This document shows, piece after piece, positions 1 to 13,055 of a DNA stretch of 64,000 nt; position 1 is the first letter of the stretch, and each line of letters starts with the position of its first letter. Location: positions 2,728,001 to 2,792,000 of the forward strand of contig NW_027270942.1 in the NCBI RefSeq assembly GCF_040938485.1, in the 5' to 3' direction. Made by a program: the position numbers and the translations under genes. The DNA comes from Diadema antillarum. Taxonomy: Eukaryota. Under the pieces are notes generated by a model that saw only the letters and a program-made list of their open reading frames with translations, ran no database searches and was not told where the DNA came from.

Positions 1-123
1 CTAACAAGGCTCTTCCTTTCTATCTCTTTTACCTGTCTGCCTATTTCTACATACTGCCATGTAATATCCAGCTACAATTCCATATCGTCCATCTATCCAT
101 CTATTGAGTAATTATTGGTACCT

Positions 124-127
124 GATC

Positions 128-174
<47 letters not shown>

Positions 175-215
175 GTTTATCTATCTATCTATCTATCTAT
201 CTAACTATCTATCTA
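124..215. repeat. (TCTA)n microsatellite
   Basis: Direct reading: long run of tcta/ctat units with a few interruptions. Confidence 0.95.
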
Positions 216-409
216 CTGTACGAGCTGAAATTTTTGTGGTGGTTTTATTTTCATGATTTTGGCGAATCGCCTTTGAACCACGAAAATAACAACACGCAAA
301 AATAACAATGTGCAAATAACTAAGTTCAGTTAGACCCTTGCAACAGCGAAATTAACAACACGCGAAAACGTCCTCCAAGTAGCAATTCGCAAAAATATCT
401 GTACCCGAA
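216..409. mobile_element. Tc1/mariner-type (pogo-like) MITE, cut by the gap
   Basis: Starts TA|CTGTA and has cgcgaaaa/ttcgcaaaa motifs like the complete element at 35361-35526. Right end is lost in the Ns. Confidence 0.5.
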
Positions 410-538
410 NNNNNNNNNNNNNNNNNNNNNNNNNNNNNNNNNNNNNNNNNNNNNNNNNNNNNNNNNNNNNNNNNNNNNNNNNNNNNNNNNNNNNNNNNNN
501 NNNNNNNNNNNNNNNNNNNNNNNNNNNNNNNNNNNNNN
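410..538. other. Assembly gap (129 N)
   Basis: Run of N. Confidence 0.99.
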
Positions 539-1074
539 TAATATTCTAAATGCCTACCTGAGGAATTCACTCCAACTGTTAATGACATGGACTGAGAAAT
601 GTGAGAAGTGGAATTAGGGACCTCAAAGTAAAGAAAATGCTGACCAGAATATACTTCAAATTTGCTAACTGACTGTAGACTTTGAACAAGACTAATGGAC
701 GAAGTCCATCGAGCCAGCCTGATTACATTTTATCATGTAGACCTATCATAATGATAATAGCCTGATAAACTTACACCAGCCAAGAACAAAAACATGACCA
801 AAAAACAATGATGCATGCTCACAAACATACAAGAGTGAATATCAATGACTTGTTGAATGCAAAGTGTATTAGCCTTTTGGGAAAATCATAATTAATCATT
901 TGTCTCTTTCTTTTTTTTTTCGGGGGTGGGGGATGAAACTGAGGTATTAGGAAGCAAGCATGTACATATCACAATTAACACATAGTATACAAAAAATGTC
1001 TTCTAAACCTATTTGAAGAATACTTGGGGGAAATAAACACACAAGTAGGCATTTCACACAGCGTATGTTCTCAC

Positions 1075-4000
1075 CAAACAGGAAACGTTCCATCCGGATT
1101 CTTCCCAAATATGTTGTCTCGGATGTACTCATACGCACCCATGCGGCACCCAGTGTACACTGAATTGTGAACAGACAAGTCAATTACTTTTGCTGCTGAT
1201 AATACCAGGTATCATCTGCTGAAATGGTATCACTGATCCTCAAAGTAGTTTCGAGTCCTTTTGTTTTCCACAGGACAGAGAGTATCATCTTTCATATCTT
1301 ATCTTCTCTTCTCATCTGATCTCTCTTCAGCTAAATTACAACAGGAACTAGTTATTGTGCACTGTCTGTGAAAGTTGATAGTGTTGATAATTTTCATCAT
1401 TGACACATCTGCAGAGTATTGCAGTTAACAAACACAACTTGTGTTGTATGAATTCCTTTATACACAATATACAATCCATTCTTGATTCTGTAAGGCATAA
1501 ATACAAACACAGTCTTTCAGTAATGACTGTGATCATGCAAATTCAACTTCATTTTGCCCTTTCAGAACCATATAGACACAATTTTTGTACATGTAATGAA
1601 AGCTTTTCAGTAAAATTGCAACAAAATCAGTAACAATGCATCACCTCGAGAGCAAAATCTTTATACAGAGAATGGAATAAAAACATCATTACAGTTTATC
1701 TACAGTACCTGTTGGACTCATTTCTTAAGTTAACCCCTAACAAGCCATGTCCACATTCATTCACAACCATGCATTTGTTTTAGAGTATTATTGGATATGA
1801 AGGATCACATCACATGGCATGAATGGGTTTATATGTCTATAGTGCATGAAACCCTTTCTCATTTTTTTTTTTCATTTTTTTTTAAAAATAGCAGATCAGA
1901 CCAACACTGGAGGGAAAGTATATGCTGGTGATCTACAGTCAATCACTCAAGTTTGGCCATTACATACAAGTCAACATTCAAGGACATTACTCTTGTCAAT
2001 GGGCTACTAGAACTCATTGGTCTTAATTCTATGAGGTCACAGAGGAAGTAATCAAGTGCCTATTATGAGGAAGCAACCTCTGAAACAATGGCTTCAAGTT
2101 CCCAATGAAGGACTACACAAATGAGCATAAAGCGTGGAGCCCAAAGGTAATACTGCTACTACCAATAGGACATAAACAAATACAGATCTCAGGATTGAAT
2201 CCAAGTAGTCTGATCCTCTGAGCTGTAACCCCTTTTAAATTGAGCCACGATGGCTTCTCATAAGCTGTATATTGAACATCATATACAGGGCGTTCCGTAA
2301 CGCGTCTATACTGAATTTTGTTAGAATAATGCAAATTTACACCTCGTAGGTCGCAAAATAAATTCCCTTCCATTATAAAAAAAAAAATTCAATATAATGA
2401 AAGAAAACTGCTGGTCCTGAGAACCCCAATATTAACGGGAGCTGTCTGTTGACGCTTGCAACCATAAATTTTGCATGTATCTCTGTCTCACAAATCTATG
2501 CACATGTTGAATGAGACCTGGTTAGTGCAGCAAATACAATAGTTGATCGCAAATAAATTATGTCCGACTGCGCTGGGAATCATCAAGTAATTGGGACTTG
2601 TTACTGATTGCACTCCTTATGTAACAGGTACAGGTAATTCAAGCACTGCTTGTTAATCATGACCAATAAAACTCCTTTCATAAAGGGCAATTCCTTCCTC
2701 CTACATATCCATTGGGTTTCTTCTACTCACCTATGTGCCTGTAGATAGCAGGTGTCACGCCTTGCCAGAGTTTAAATAATCCTTCCTCTTCAACTGAAAA
2801 TAGATGAAGAACATAATGGTTAGCAACAATAGTATTTCTAAATATTCAGGCCAGGTGAGGTTGTTAAGAACCAGTTTCTATGGCGATGAATGACTATGAC
2901 ATCATACTTTTGTATTCTATTTCCACACAGCTGCTTTATTGATTATCTTTGTAATGTGTAGGAGAAAAACAGGCTGATTTTAACCTGTCATTTATCATGT
3001 TTAGGATGAGGTGATTTTGCTATAACTGGAATTTCCCATTGACATCATCCCAAGTACACTTGGGACTAACATTTAAAAGGTAGAGAGCCAATTGTAGTGC
3101 AGAATAAACATTCCATGGTATGAACAGACTTGCCTTTTTAATCAAACATAATGTCAACTTGGAAGAGTAACTATTCTACGACAGAGAAGTAAATTTCAAA
3201 CACCAAATATTATCTTACCAGGGCTTGACAATCATTTACACTTTTTTTTTTATAAGATGTGTTTCCCACTTAAAGCCTTATCTACTGCTTATCAATCAGT
3301 GTTTACATGGTTGTATAAAATGACGCACGCAAAGAATGCCACCATAGTTTATTGCAGCAAAATCAAGAATCACGCAGACATAACATGATGGATTTATGAT
3401 TACTGTTATATCAGCACTGCTGAAATGTCAACACTTCAAAGGCGTATCAGAGTACATTTTGTAAGCATAATACACATAGCTCATATGTCACTTAAACTAA
3501 TCCTTGTGACTTTGCGACTGGAATGAATATAATGTGAGCAAATAATTTGGTTCAACCCACAGGCTTCCAGAAGTATTGGAATAATTTCAGTGTGTTCTGT
3601 CCTGGTAATTACCAAAATAATCTCCTTTGACATAATATGAGGGTATCATCAGTAAAGAAGAAATGTATAGGGTGAGTTCTAATTTGAAGTTGGTTTAACC
3701 TTAACTAGGCCGGGGGGGGGGGGGGGGGGCCTCCGAGGCCTCCAAGGCCCCCCCCCCTCGACGTTCCGCGCGATGTATCGCAATCGAAAAAAGCTATCGC
3801 CGTGACGTTTCATGACTTTTTTCTTTCGAGTCTCCCGCATCTTTTGACACCAAATTTGCGGCGCCCGGGCACGCGGTTCCGAAGTTATGCATAAATATGT
3901 ACATGCATGTCAGACCAAAAATTGCTCAAAAACATTAATTCATGTACAATTTCAATGCAAACTGTGCTTACTAGCAAATTTCATAAAAGCATGATTATTT

Positions 4001-5565
4001 TGGTGTTTTATTGATTAAAATCAATGAATAACATATTTTCTTGTTCGGAGTGATGTCGCGGACAAATTTCATCGAAAAAACAATGAAAAACATAAAGTCG
4101 AAAAAACAAAGAAATACATAAGAAATTCAAAAAAACAATAAAATACTTAAGAATTTTTTCTGATATCACAATTTTTTTTTATTACATTTGCTAAGGACAC
4201 TAAAAAGAATATTTACACAAAAAATGTGCCTGTTTTGAGCTTTTTTTGTGATTTATTCCAAATAGTCTGATTTTATGCATCATCATGCATAAATTAGCAT
4301 AATTTAGCATAAATGATGATTTTTTGAAAAATTAACTTCATGGTATTTTAGATTACATCATAGGCAATGTGCGTGCCAATTTTCGTCGCGATCGCGCGGT
4401 CGACGGCCGAGATCTGGAGGGGGGGGCCTGGGAGGCCCCCCCCGGCTCTATCAACTACCTAAATAGCCCGGCCTAGTTAGGGTTAAAAGCAATGCACTTT
4501 ACAATGTCACCATACTTTGTCTTTCATACATCTGCTCAAGTGTAATTGTGACACAAGTATGTGATGGCAGACACATAATGTAGCACGCAATAAGTAAATG
4601 TAATGTGGGAGGAAGAACGTGCTACTGCAGTCATCAGGTGATGTTAGAAGTCAATGACAATCCGCAGAGAAATGATTCCCACATGATTCACTATTAAAGG
4701 CCAAGGTCTACATCTTCACAAGTTAACCCAATATGCATTCACAACACCACATGTGAGCTTTTTAAAGGACAAGTTCACCTTCATAAACATAAGGAGTGAG
4801 AGAATGCAACAATATTAGTAGAACACATCAGTGAAAGTTTGAGGAAAATTGGACAATCGATGCAAAAGTTATGAATTTTTAAAATTTTTGTGTTGGAACC
4901 GCTGGATGAGGAGACTACTACAGCTTGTGAGTCATATGCGTACAACAGTATAAAGAAAATGTAAAAGAAAATTCAACATATTTTCACTTTTTTCGCATAG
5001 TAAAAGAGCTCTTGACTTGCCTCTTTCTAAAGGCAGGGGGAATAATATTACCCATAACATTTGTCGGTAACGAGTCAGGGGAATGTGTACTTTTTTCAAA
5101 AGATGGCATTTTGTGAAATTCTCTTTATATTTTCCTTATATTGTTGTACGCATGTGACATCTAAGTTATTCATACACTGCAGTAGTCTTCTCATCCAGCG
5201 GTTACTGCACAAAAACTTCAAAAATTCATAACTTTTGAACGGATTGTCTGATTTTCCTCAAACTTTCAATGATGTGTTCTACTAACATTGCTACATTCTC
5301 TCAATCCTTATGTTTATGAAGGTGAACTTGTCCTTTAAAGAGAGAAATCCATAATTTCCAGGCATCATTGTACACTGTGATCTACATTATAAAAAAAAAA
5401 AAAGAATCATAGGGGATAGCAAGTGTATTGAACTCAACATCGTACAAATTGCATTTTGTGTTATCCCGAAGTAAAAAAAAAAAGACGGAAGAAATGAAGT
5501 GGCTTTCCTGTTGAAGGCTACGTTTGTTTGTTTGTTTGTTTGTTTTTGTTTTTTTAAACCGACAT

Positions 5566-5599
<34 letters not shown>

Positions 5600-8500
5600 T
5601 GCAACACATCACTTTAAATCCAGGATTAAGTGAGAGACTGCTACCAGCACAAGTCAGAGCCCCAAATTTTAACCTGTTTCTTATGAGACCGGTATCTCAA
5701 GGGACTTTACACAGAGCGCACCAAGCTTCAGTAGGCAAAGGATTTAAGTACACATTGCACTTTGGAATGTCATGCCACTATAATCTAGTTTGAAGGCATT
5801 CGCTGGAGTGGGATCGTTTCATTCAGAAAAAAGCATTCTACTGAAGGTATTACATGCCACTCTGAACCTGTAAATAATCCCTACAATCTTGTGAACGTGT
5901 CCCATCATAAACATATGGGAAGTGATAAAGTGGTGGTAAGTACATATGGCCGAGGCATGTCAACTTATGAACCTGCCAAATTTCACCATAAGATCTGCAA
6001 ACAGGCTGTGTGCCTTTGACACAGTTGGGCACCCTAATTGCTATCACGCCGTGATCACACGAGCTGGAGTAAAGGATTAGATATTGTTGTTTAAAGTTCC
6101 TCTCGTCTAGCTGTGAAGTAGCATGCTCTGATCATGCACCTGCACTCTCCAAATTGCAGCAACACAGCTAGGACGGAATATGGAGATCATGGGGGATAAA
6201 TAATGACATACATCTTGTAAAACACAGATCAATCATGTTATCTTGTACTCTGAGGAATGCACATGGTATCTCAATCTTTTTAGTCATGGAATTGTATGTG
6301 ACAGGAAACTGTGAAGGGCCCTAACCCGTAAGCCACCATTCTGAACATTGAGTATAAGTTGACAAATGTCTAACCAGAAAGTTTGCATTTCTGAGCAGCT
6401 GTGATGATTATTCATCTCGTAGTTTGGTAAATTTCAGATACCGAAGTCATTTTCATACAAGAATTGATGTTGGGGCAGTTTTCAGCATTACTTATTTACA
6501 TCTTATTGTTTAATAATAGAATAAGAGTAACTGATTTTAATTAGTCTTGCAATAAATGAATAATAATCAGGGCTCGATACTAGTGGTGGCCCAATGGCCC
6601 TGGGCCACCAAAAATTAATATTGTGGCCACCAGATTTCAGACAAGGTTATCTTTACATGGCCTATTTGGGCGACTACACTGTCGGATTCAAAATCTATTC
6701 TTGTTTCCAAATATTAGGGGCCAATGCATTTTTTCTTTTTAGGCCACCACAATTTGAAATTTAGAGATATTAGTGGTCCGAATGAGCCCTCAGGGGAAAA
6801 ACTTAGTGTTGAGCCCTTATGATGATAATGATGATGATGATACATTGTAATTGTAATACGCAATGCTGAAAGCAATGATTATTACCATGATAATTATTGC
6901 ACTATCATAATCATCATTATTCTTACTTTGATTATCATTATCTTTGCAAGTGAAGTCATTTGTTTTTAATGGTTAGAGTCATCACTATCCCTGCCATCAT
7001 CACCCCCATGATTACTGGCAGGGTTAGTGAAACATTTAATTTGGGGTAGATATTATCAGTAGACAGCAAGAAAACCAAGTCTGTATAGGAACGATTTAAA
7101 CATTACAGTCCCACTGTTGCAGCTACTCACCAATGCCCAGGGCAGTTCTGACCATGCCCCTGTAGGGAATAGCTGCCTCGTTCCCATAGTGCTTGGCGGC
7201 CGCAACCTCTCCCTGTATCTGCAGTCGTGTCTTGGTGATGTCCAGGGGATAGGTGACTGAATGGGATGAATGTAAAGAGACAACACGGGGTCATTCATCT
7301 TTCTGCTTTTGATTAATAGCCTTGATCACTGGCACAAGATAATTTTACAAAATTTTCCCAGGATCAACAGAAAACAGTCTTGAAAGTCCTCTAGATCAGG
7401 ACAACAGCATCACATGAAATAAATCACAAAAACAGCTTTAATTACAAATGATGCTCTTTCTTCACATTGTGAGAAAATCATTGGATGCAACAAAAGTAAG
7501 AGATGGACATATGGCTGAAAGTTGACTAGAATAATATGGAATCTTACAAGCGACAGAATACAGTTTCTGACTATATTCTCCTTTAAACTACCAAGTAAAT
7601 CTAATAATACTTCTACATGACAAAACAAACAAACAAATGAATGATGTCTTCAGTTTATGTGAATGATAAAAAAATTGCTTTAACCTGTTGAAGACTAGTC
7701 CCGAGTATACTCGGGCAGGTGCCTATGGAAAACGTGTGTTGTGACTTCCATAGCAAAATCAGCCCATCCTCAGTAGGTTAAAATTAAAATCTTAACAAAT
7801 GCAATTTTTGAAATAATAGCTGAAATAATCTCTGGTTAGCATGTGCATGGCTCCTGTGCTGTGGATGTTTGTGTCGAACTTGCTCTTTCGTGCATTTGTG
7901 TACAGTCTACAGATAATTATACATTTGTATATATGGGACTATTGAAACCACAGTTTCTCTGACGTATTGTCATTCTGTGTTGCAAATAGCCATTCATGTC
8001 CTTATCTGTGATTTTGCTTGACTAGTAGTGTCATACAGACTGACTAGACTGACTTACAAATCTTCTTGAGGAAACAGTTAAACAGCAAAGTCAGCAACCT
8101 CCTGCCAACAAGACCACATGCAATAGATAGAGACAATAGACACATATATCTAAATCTGCTGAGCGAGATAAGCACTACCAACTGTGCAGACGTTGTGTTA
8201 ACAAACATCAAAATAATGTTGAGTTTACATGACTACAAACTCAGTGAACCATGTACACTAGTCCACCAGAAAGCAAAACATCCTGAATGAACACAAGAGT
8301 CATGCAGCACTTATGAAGTACTAATCCTAACTTGAGAACATTGATTAAATCAAGCAAATTAGATTCTTGTTTCTACATCTTCATGACCTTCTCTGCTTCA
8401 ACATGATGTACACGTACAACTACAAGTAATCAAGGGCAATGCAATGCATTGGGCAGAATATCATTTTGTTCTACTTCTAGGAAACAAGTGGCTGTGGCTG

Positions 8501-8942
8501 TCTCATTGATGGGGAGCTGATTCCAATAGAATAATTTGACTGGTCATTCCATATTTTAGAATACTAGCAGTAGTAGAATATACAGTATCATTCTAATTGT
8601 ATCTTGAAGCACCCACTGCACTGTAGCTGCAGGCGCAGTCGGCCTTCTCGAAGTAAAGCTACGCTGCACTGTCGCGCCCCGGCCCCGGGCCTCTCCCCGC
8701 ATGATTGGCTGTCGGTCTGATAACTGCCGCCAACCTACCTGGCTGTGTGTCGTTTTAGTGTCGCGGGGTGTAGTGCTAGCCAGCATGTCGAAAACAGTGA
8801 TTTTAGTTCCACGTCATAGACTAGTCTACATAAACTCACCAGTTTCTGCAACCGTGGCAGCACACGCAGACAAAAAGTACTTGACGAGAAAGCTGTTTGG
8901 ATTCACAAATCCGCCGTTTACCTCATCTTTTTGGACAGTCAT
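1075..8942 (-). CDS. SLC25A27: Mitochondrial uncoupling protein 4 (UCP4), first four coding exons; remaining exons lie left of the window
   Basis: Exons 8942-8840, 7256-7131, 2793-2731, 1159-1075, all GT-AG and in phase. They give [51 protein letters not shown]...[62 protein letters not shown]. This contains the mitochondrial carrier signature PxDxxKxRxQ and UCP4-typical KYxLSxCAATVAE, [12 protein letters not shown] and YEYIR segments. Confidence 0.92.
3699..4482. mobile_element. Non-autonomous piggyBac-like element (784 bp)
   Basis: TTAA at 3695-3698 and 4483-4486. TIRs CCTTAACTAGGCCGGG / CCCGGCCTAGTTAGGG. GC-rich subterminal inverted segments. No transposase ORF. Confidence 0.85.
4766..5334. 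mobile_element. MITE with about 150-bp TIRs, Kolobok-like ends
   Basis: TTAA|AGGACAAGTTCACCTTCATAAACATAAGG ... CCTTATGTTTATGAAGGTGAACTTGTCCT|TTAA. Long inverted arms and a TTAA target duplication. Confidence 0.85.
5568..5599. repeat. (TG)n microsatellite
   Basis: Direct reading. Confidence 0.9.
6568..6817. mobile_element. MITE of the CAGGGCTCGA-end family (same family as 22248-22673)
   Basis: Left CAGGGCTCGATACTA, right TAGTGTTGAGCCCT. Internal GGCCACCA/GGTGGCC repeats are shared with the 22.2-kb copy. Confidence 0.7.
7684..7777. mobile_element. 94-bp piggyBac-like mini element
   Basis: TTAA|CCTGTTGAAGAC...TCCTCAGTAGG|TTAA. Homologous copy at 27665-27749. Confidence 0.7.
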
Positions 8943-9170
8943 CGTTTGCAGCAGACGTTGTCGTCGCCTCCCAAAAGTAAATACAGCATGTAGTGTACAA
9001 TGTGTGATCGTGTGCGGTACATGCGCGGCGGACACGTACAGTACACGGGGTTTCAATAAAGGTTTCAGTAGAGCACGACGCGTCGTCCAATACGGACGAC
9101 GCAACAGCGCGCGCTTTGGTTTGTTTACTACCCTGACTTTTCTTGAGAGGGTATCTGGAGGTGTGACCCT

Positions 9171-9180
9171 TGATCACGTG
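9171..9180. promoter_or_regulatory. E-box (CACGTG) in the CpG-rich UCP4 upstream region
   Basis: TGATCACGTG about 230 bp upstream of the UCP4 ATG. Motif only; function untested. Confidence 0.3.
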
Positions 9181-9768
9181 TCGCCAGGTACTGTGTAGGG
9201 CTCACACGGGTAACCACTACGTATTTCCCCGCATAGAGAAGTGTGTTAAAAGTCAAAATTCAAAACATTCTCAAAAAGAGCTGGCAGAAATGAGGTGCTT
9301 CATCTTCACTAACCTGAAAAAGTGAAATTACCCTTTCATCTATCAAATTTCCAAGGGGGTTCTTCAGCTCAAACTCTGTCAAAGGTTTCGCAAAGCCAGA
9401 CTACGAGTTATTTTCACTGGGAAAAAAAAAATCACCTATTTTCTGTACTTGCACCCAATCAAATATAAAAGCTTTGATATTCCAACCAAAATGCAGTTTG
9501 TAGAGGAATTCATACTCAATATCTGCAGCTAATAATTTTTTTTTTGTTGTTGCCAAACTTCATTTCTGATTTTTGATATTTTTTTTTCTTCATTTCGAGA
9601 CATTCTATTATATTTACAGGTGGTGAGCTCTAGACCGGAACCATCTCTCATTTATTGTGGTAGCGTTAAGTAGAGGGCCTACACTCAGTCCGTAGTCGCC
9701 AGACCATTTATTTGAAGTGTTCAGGGAGTATTACCCTTAGTTTTGCACAATCGGAGTAGGCCTAACGA

Positions 9769-9808
9769 AAGAAGAAGAAGAAGAAGAAGAAGAAGAAGAA
9801 GAAGAAGA
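9769..9808. repeat. (GAA)n microsatellite
   Basis: Direct reading. Confidence 0.9.
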
Positions 9809-10539
9809 AAAAAAAAATTCTAGGTCGATGATAGTTAGCAACTATACCTTTAGGGCCTATTTTACTATGCAGATCATTGTAACACACACGTATATACACG
9901 TACACATCCACACATACATACACACACAATTATTTGGAGAGAGAGAAACAAAAATGCTTGATATTATTTATTTCTTTTTTTTTAATTCAGGTGAAATATC
10001 AACCCTAAAAGCCCAAGGGGGGGGGGGGGGGGCTAACGTACATAACATGTGACCCTATTCTACCAATAATTCATTTCTCATTGCATTCGTACATCCTCAA
10101 CACAACTTCAACCGATTTGTTGAACTTTTAACTGTCCTGAAATTTTATTGCAGACATTTAGATATTTTGGTCCGATACAGCTGGTTGCTATGGCAACTGA
10201 CAAACATTTTGTCTGATTTTTTTCTGTTCCAAATTTAAGTTAGCAATATAAGGTTTCTTTGTGATATTAGTTCATGAGATGGGTTTTTCTAGGCTATATT
10301 TGTTATTCAATGCATGACAATCATGATTTTACTTCAATCGGATATTGTAGTCGGTAACTGATTTACATGATGTTACAATGAATATGATACATATAAAATA
10401 CGGGTAATAGAACTATAACATTACAAAAAACATTCCCGCATTTCCATAATAAACACATTATACAGCATTGTACATGTATTTAACTAGGATACGGTCTAGA
10501 GAGGAATTGAGGAGGAGAAGAAAGAGAGAGCTATATACC

Positions 10540-10720
10540 TAAGAGAGAGGTATATAGTTAAGAGAGAGGTATATACTAAGAGGGAGGTATATACTAAGAG
10601 AGAGGTATATACTAAGATAGAGGTATATACTAAGAGAGAGGTATATACTGAGAGGGAGGTATATACTAAGAGAGAGGTATATACTAAGAGAGAGGTATAT
10701 ACTAAGAGAGAGGTATATGC

Positions 10721-10758
<38 letters not shown>

Positions 10759-11646
10759 GTATACTAAGAGAGAGGTATATACTAAGAGAGAGGTATATAC
10801 TAAGAGAGAGGTATATACTAAGAGGGAGGCATATACTAAGAGGGAGGTATATACTAAGAGGGAGGTATATACTAAGAGAGAGGCATATACTAAGAGAGAG
10901 GTATATACTAAGAGAGAGGTATGTACTAAGAGGGGTGTATATACTAAGAGAGAGGTATATACAAAGAGAGAGGTATATACTAAGAGGGAGGTATATACTA
11001 AGAGGGAGGTATATACTAAGAGAGAGGTATATACTAAGAGAGAGGCATATACTAAATGAGAGGTATATACTATAAGAGAGAGGTATATACTAAGAGAGAG
11101 GTATATACTAAGAGAGAGGTATGTACTACGAGCGGGTATATACTAAGAGAGGGGTATATACTAAGAGAGAGGTATATACTAAGAGAGAGGTATATACTAA
11201 GAGGGAGGCATATACTAAGAGAGAGGTATATACTAAGAGAGAGTTATATACTAAGAGAGAGGTATATACTAAGAGAGAGGTATATACTAAGAGGGAGGTA
11301 TATACTAAGAGAGAGGTATATACTAAGAGGGAGGTATATACTAAGAGAGAGGTATATACTAAGAGGGAGTTATATACTAAGAGAGAGGTATATACTAAGA
11401 GAGAGGTATATACTAAGAGAGAGGTATATACTAAGAGAGAGGTATATACTAAGAGAGAGGTATATGCTAAGAGGGAGTTATATACTAAGAGAGAGGTATA
11501 TAAGAGAGAGGTATATACTAAGAGAGAGGTATATACTAAGAGGGAGGTATATACTAAGAGAGAGGTATATACTAAGAGAGAGGTATATACTAAGAGAGAG
11601 GTATACTAAGAGAGACGTATATACTAAGAGAGAGGTATATACTAAG
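10540..11646. repeat. 18-bp minisatellite (TAAGAGAGAGGTATATAC)n, roughly 60 copies, interrupted by (GA)n
   Basis: Direct reading. Point variants (GGGAG, GGCAT, GTTAT) recur. It produces the EVYTKR/ERYILR pseudo-ORFs in the ORF track. Confidence 0.97.
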
Positions 11647-13055
11647 GGGGGGGGGTTAGAGAGGCAGAAATGAGAGTGGGAGAGAGAGAGACAAAAAAAA
11701 AAACGGGAAAGCGGGAGTCCTCGTAAACACAATCATGGTTGTGAATGACCCTGAAATGGTCTTCTTATTCGATATCCTTTATTCTTTTATTGTGACAAAA
11801 AGCATCAATACAATAATTATGATTGTAAAATATAGAGAGATGAAATATAATAGAACTAAAAAAAGTATATTGTCCAGGATTTCCATTTTGATATACCGTT
11901 TTTATTTCATTTTGAATCTGCAAACTCTCAGTATCTGAAGCTATGTAAAAAAACTATCAATTCTCAAGCAATACATCGTAGGTTTCATGACGTTACGAAT
12001 ACCACCCCAGATGTCCTTGAGAAATCTTGGCCATATCAAGTACATAAGTAGTGAAGTTTGAAAGATATTTATAAAGTAAAAAAGACATAATTATATACAG
12101 GGGAAAACATGATTTTCGCAAATTTATGTATTTCTTTATAATGTGATGAATAGCGCCACTAATGGGTGATATTGAGTATATAAGTGTACTTCCAAGAAAA
12201 AAAAGTTAAATTTTGTGGAATTCTCCTTTTATAGGTACCATAATTTCTTTATATTCAAATTAATGAAAAACATCTCGACGCAAGAATGGTATCAATTTGA
12301 TTATGATTCGCCAGTACCCGCTGTATACGCTGTATATGCATCATAAGGATTAGCACTGATCAGCGCTAGCTGTCGAACGGAAGCACTGTGGTTTTCGTGT
12401 AAAGGAGAGTTCCTAGTGCCCATCACGTGATAAAACAATGAAAGAGGAAAAAAAAGCCAAGAGCTTTTTCATATTTAGAGCTTTATTCACAGCAATATCA
12501 AACGAGAAGTAGAAGTACCTTTAAATCTCTGTTAGAGTTCATTGGGATAGATATACAATCTATTTGTTAATGTTGTCTCTCCTATTTTGTACCGCATTAT
12601 AAAGAGCCATCCAGGTGACCCGTTTCATAAAACTTGTTATCAGTGACAAGTGCCATATTTCTTTGACATGTGAACAAGAAATGATATTGTTCATACCTAT
12701 AAACAGAATTGGAAATCCTCTGCTGATGGTGTCTCGAACAACGGAGGGGTATTAATATGCCACGGGTCCGGGGAAATTGCGTGCCAGTATACTTTTATGA
12801 TCTATGATTATGTTCAGTTCACTGTGCTCCTGTCTGCCTTTATCACATTTCAATGTATGAAATCCAATTCATACGTTGTCATATCATTATTGCATATCTC
12901 GTGACTGCTACGTCGGGAAAGTCATCCGTTTGGTTGTAAAATCACTATGTATTCAAACAACTCTAACGTGCTATTATAGATTGATGTACTCTCTGTACGA
13001 ACCAGTGTATCTATTTCTTTAAACATCATTTCTCGTTGTTTGAGGATTGAATCCA

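Noticed and set aside
558-591. AG...GT bounded 34-nt segment as UCP4 exon 5
   Set aside because: Gives an immediate stop in phase and lacks the expected UCP4 sequence.
2113-2373. 86-aa ORF in UCP4 intron 3
   Set aside because: No recognisable motif or splice support; consistent with chance.
8701-9198. 165-aa plus-strand ORF and the 9104/9177 upstream starts on the minus strand
   Set aside because: Antisense or UTR read-through of the GC-rich UCP4 first exon; the UCP4-like sequence starts at Met 8942.
10757-11673. 100-205-aa ORFs (EVYTKR)n and (ERYILR)n
   Set aside because: Translation by-products of an 18-bp minisatellite; no splice, promoter or homology support. Not a CRISPR array either, since there are no unique spacers.
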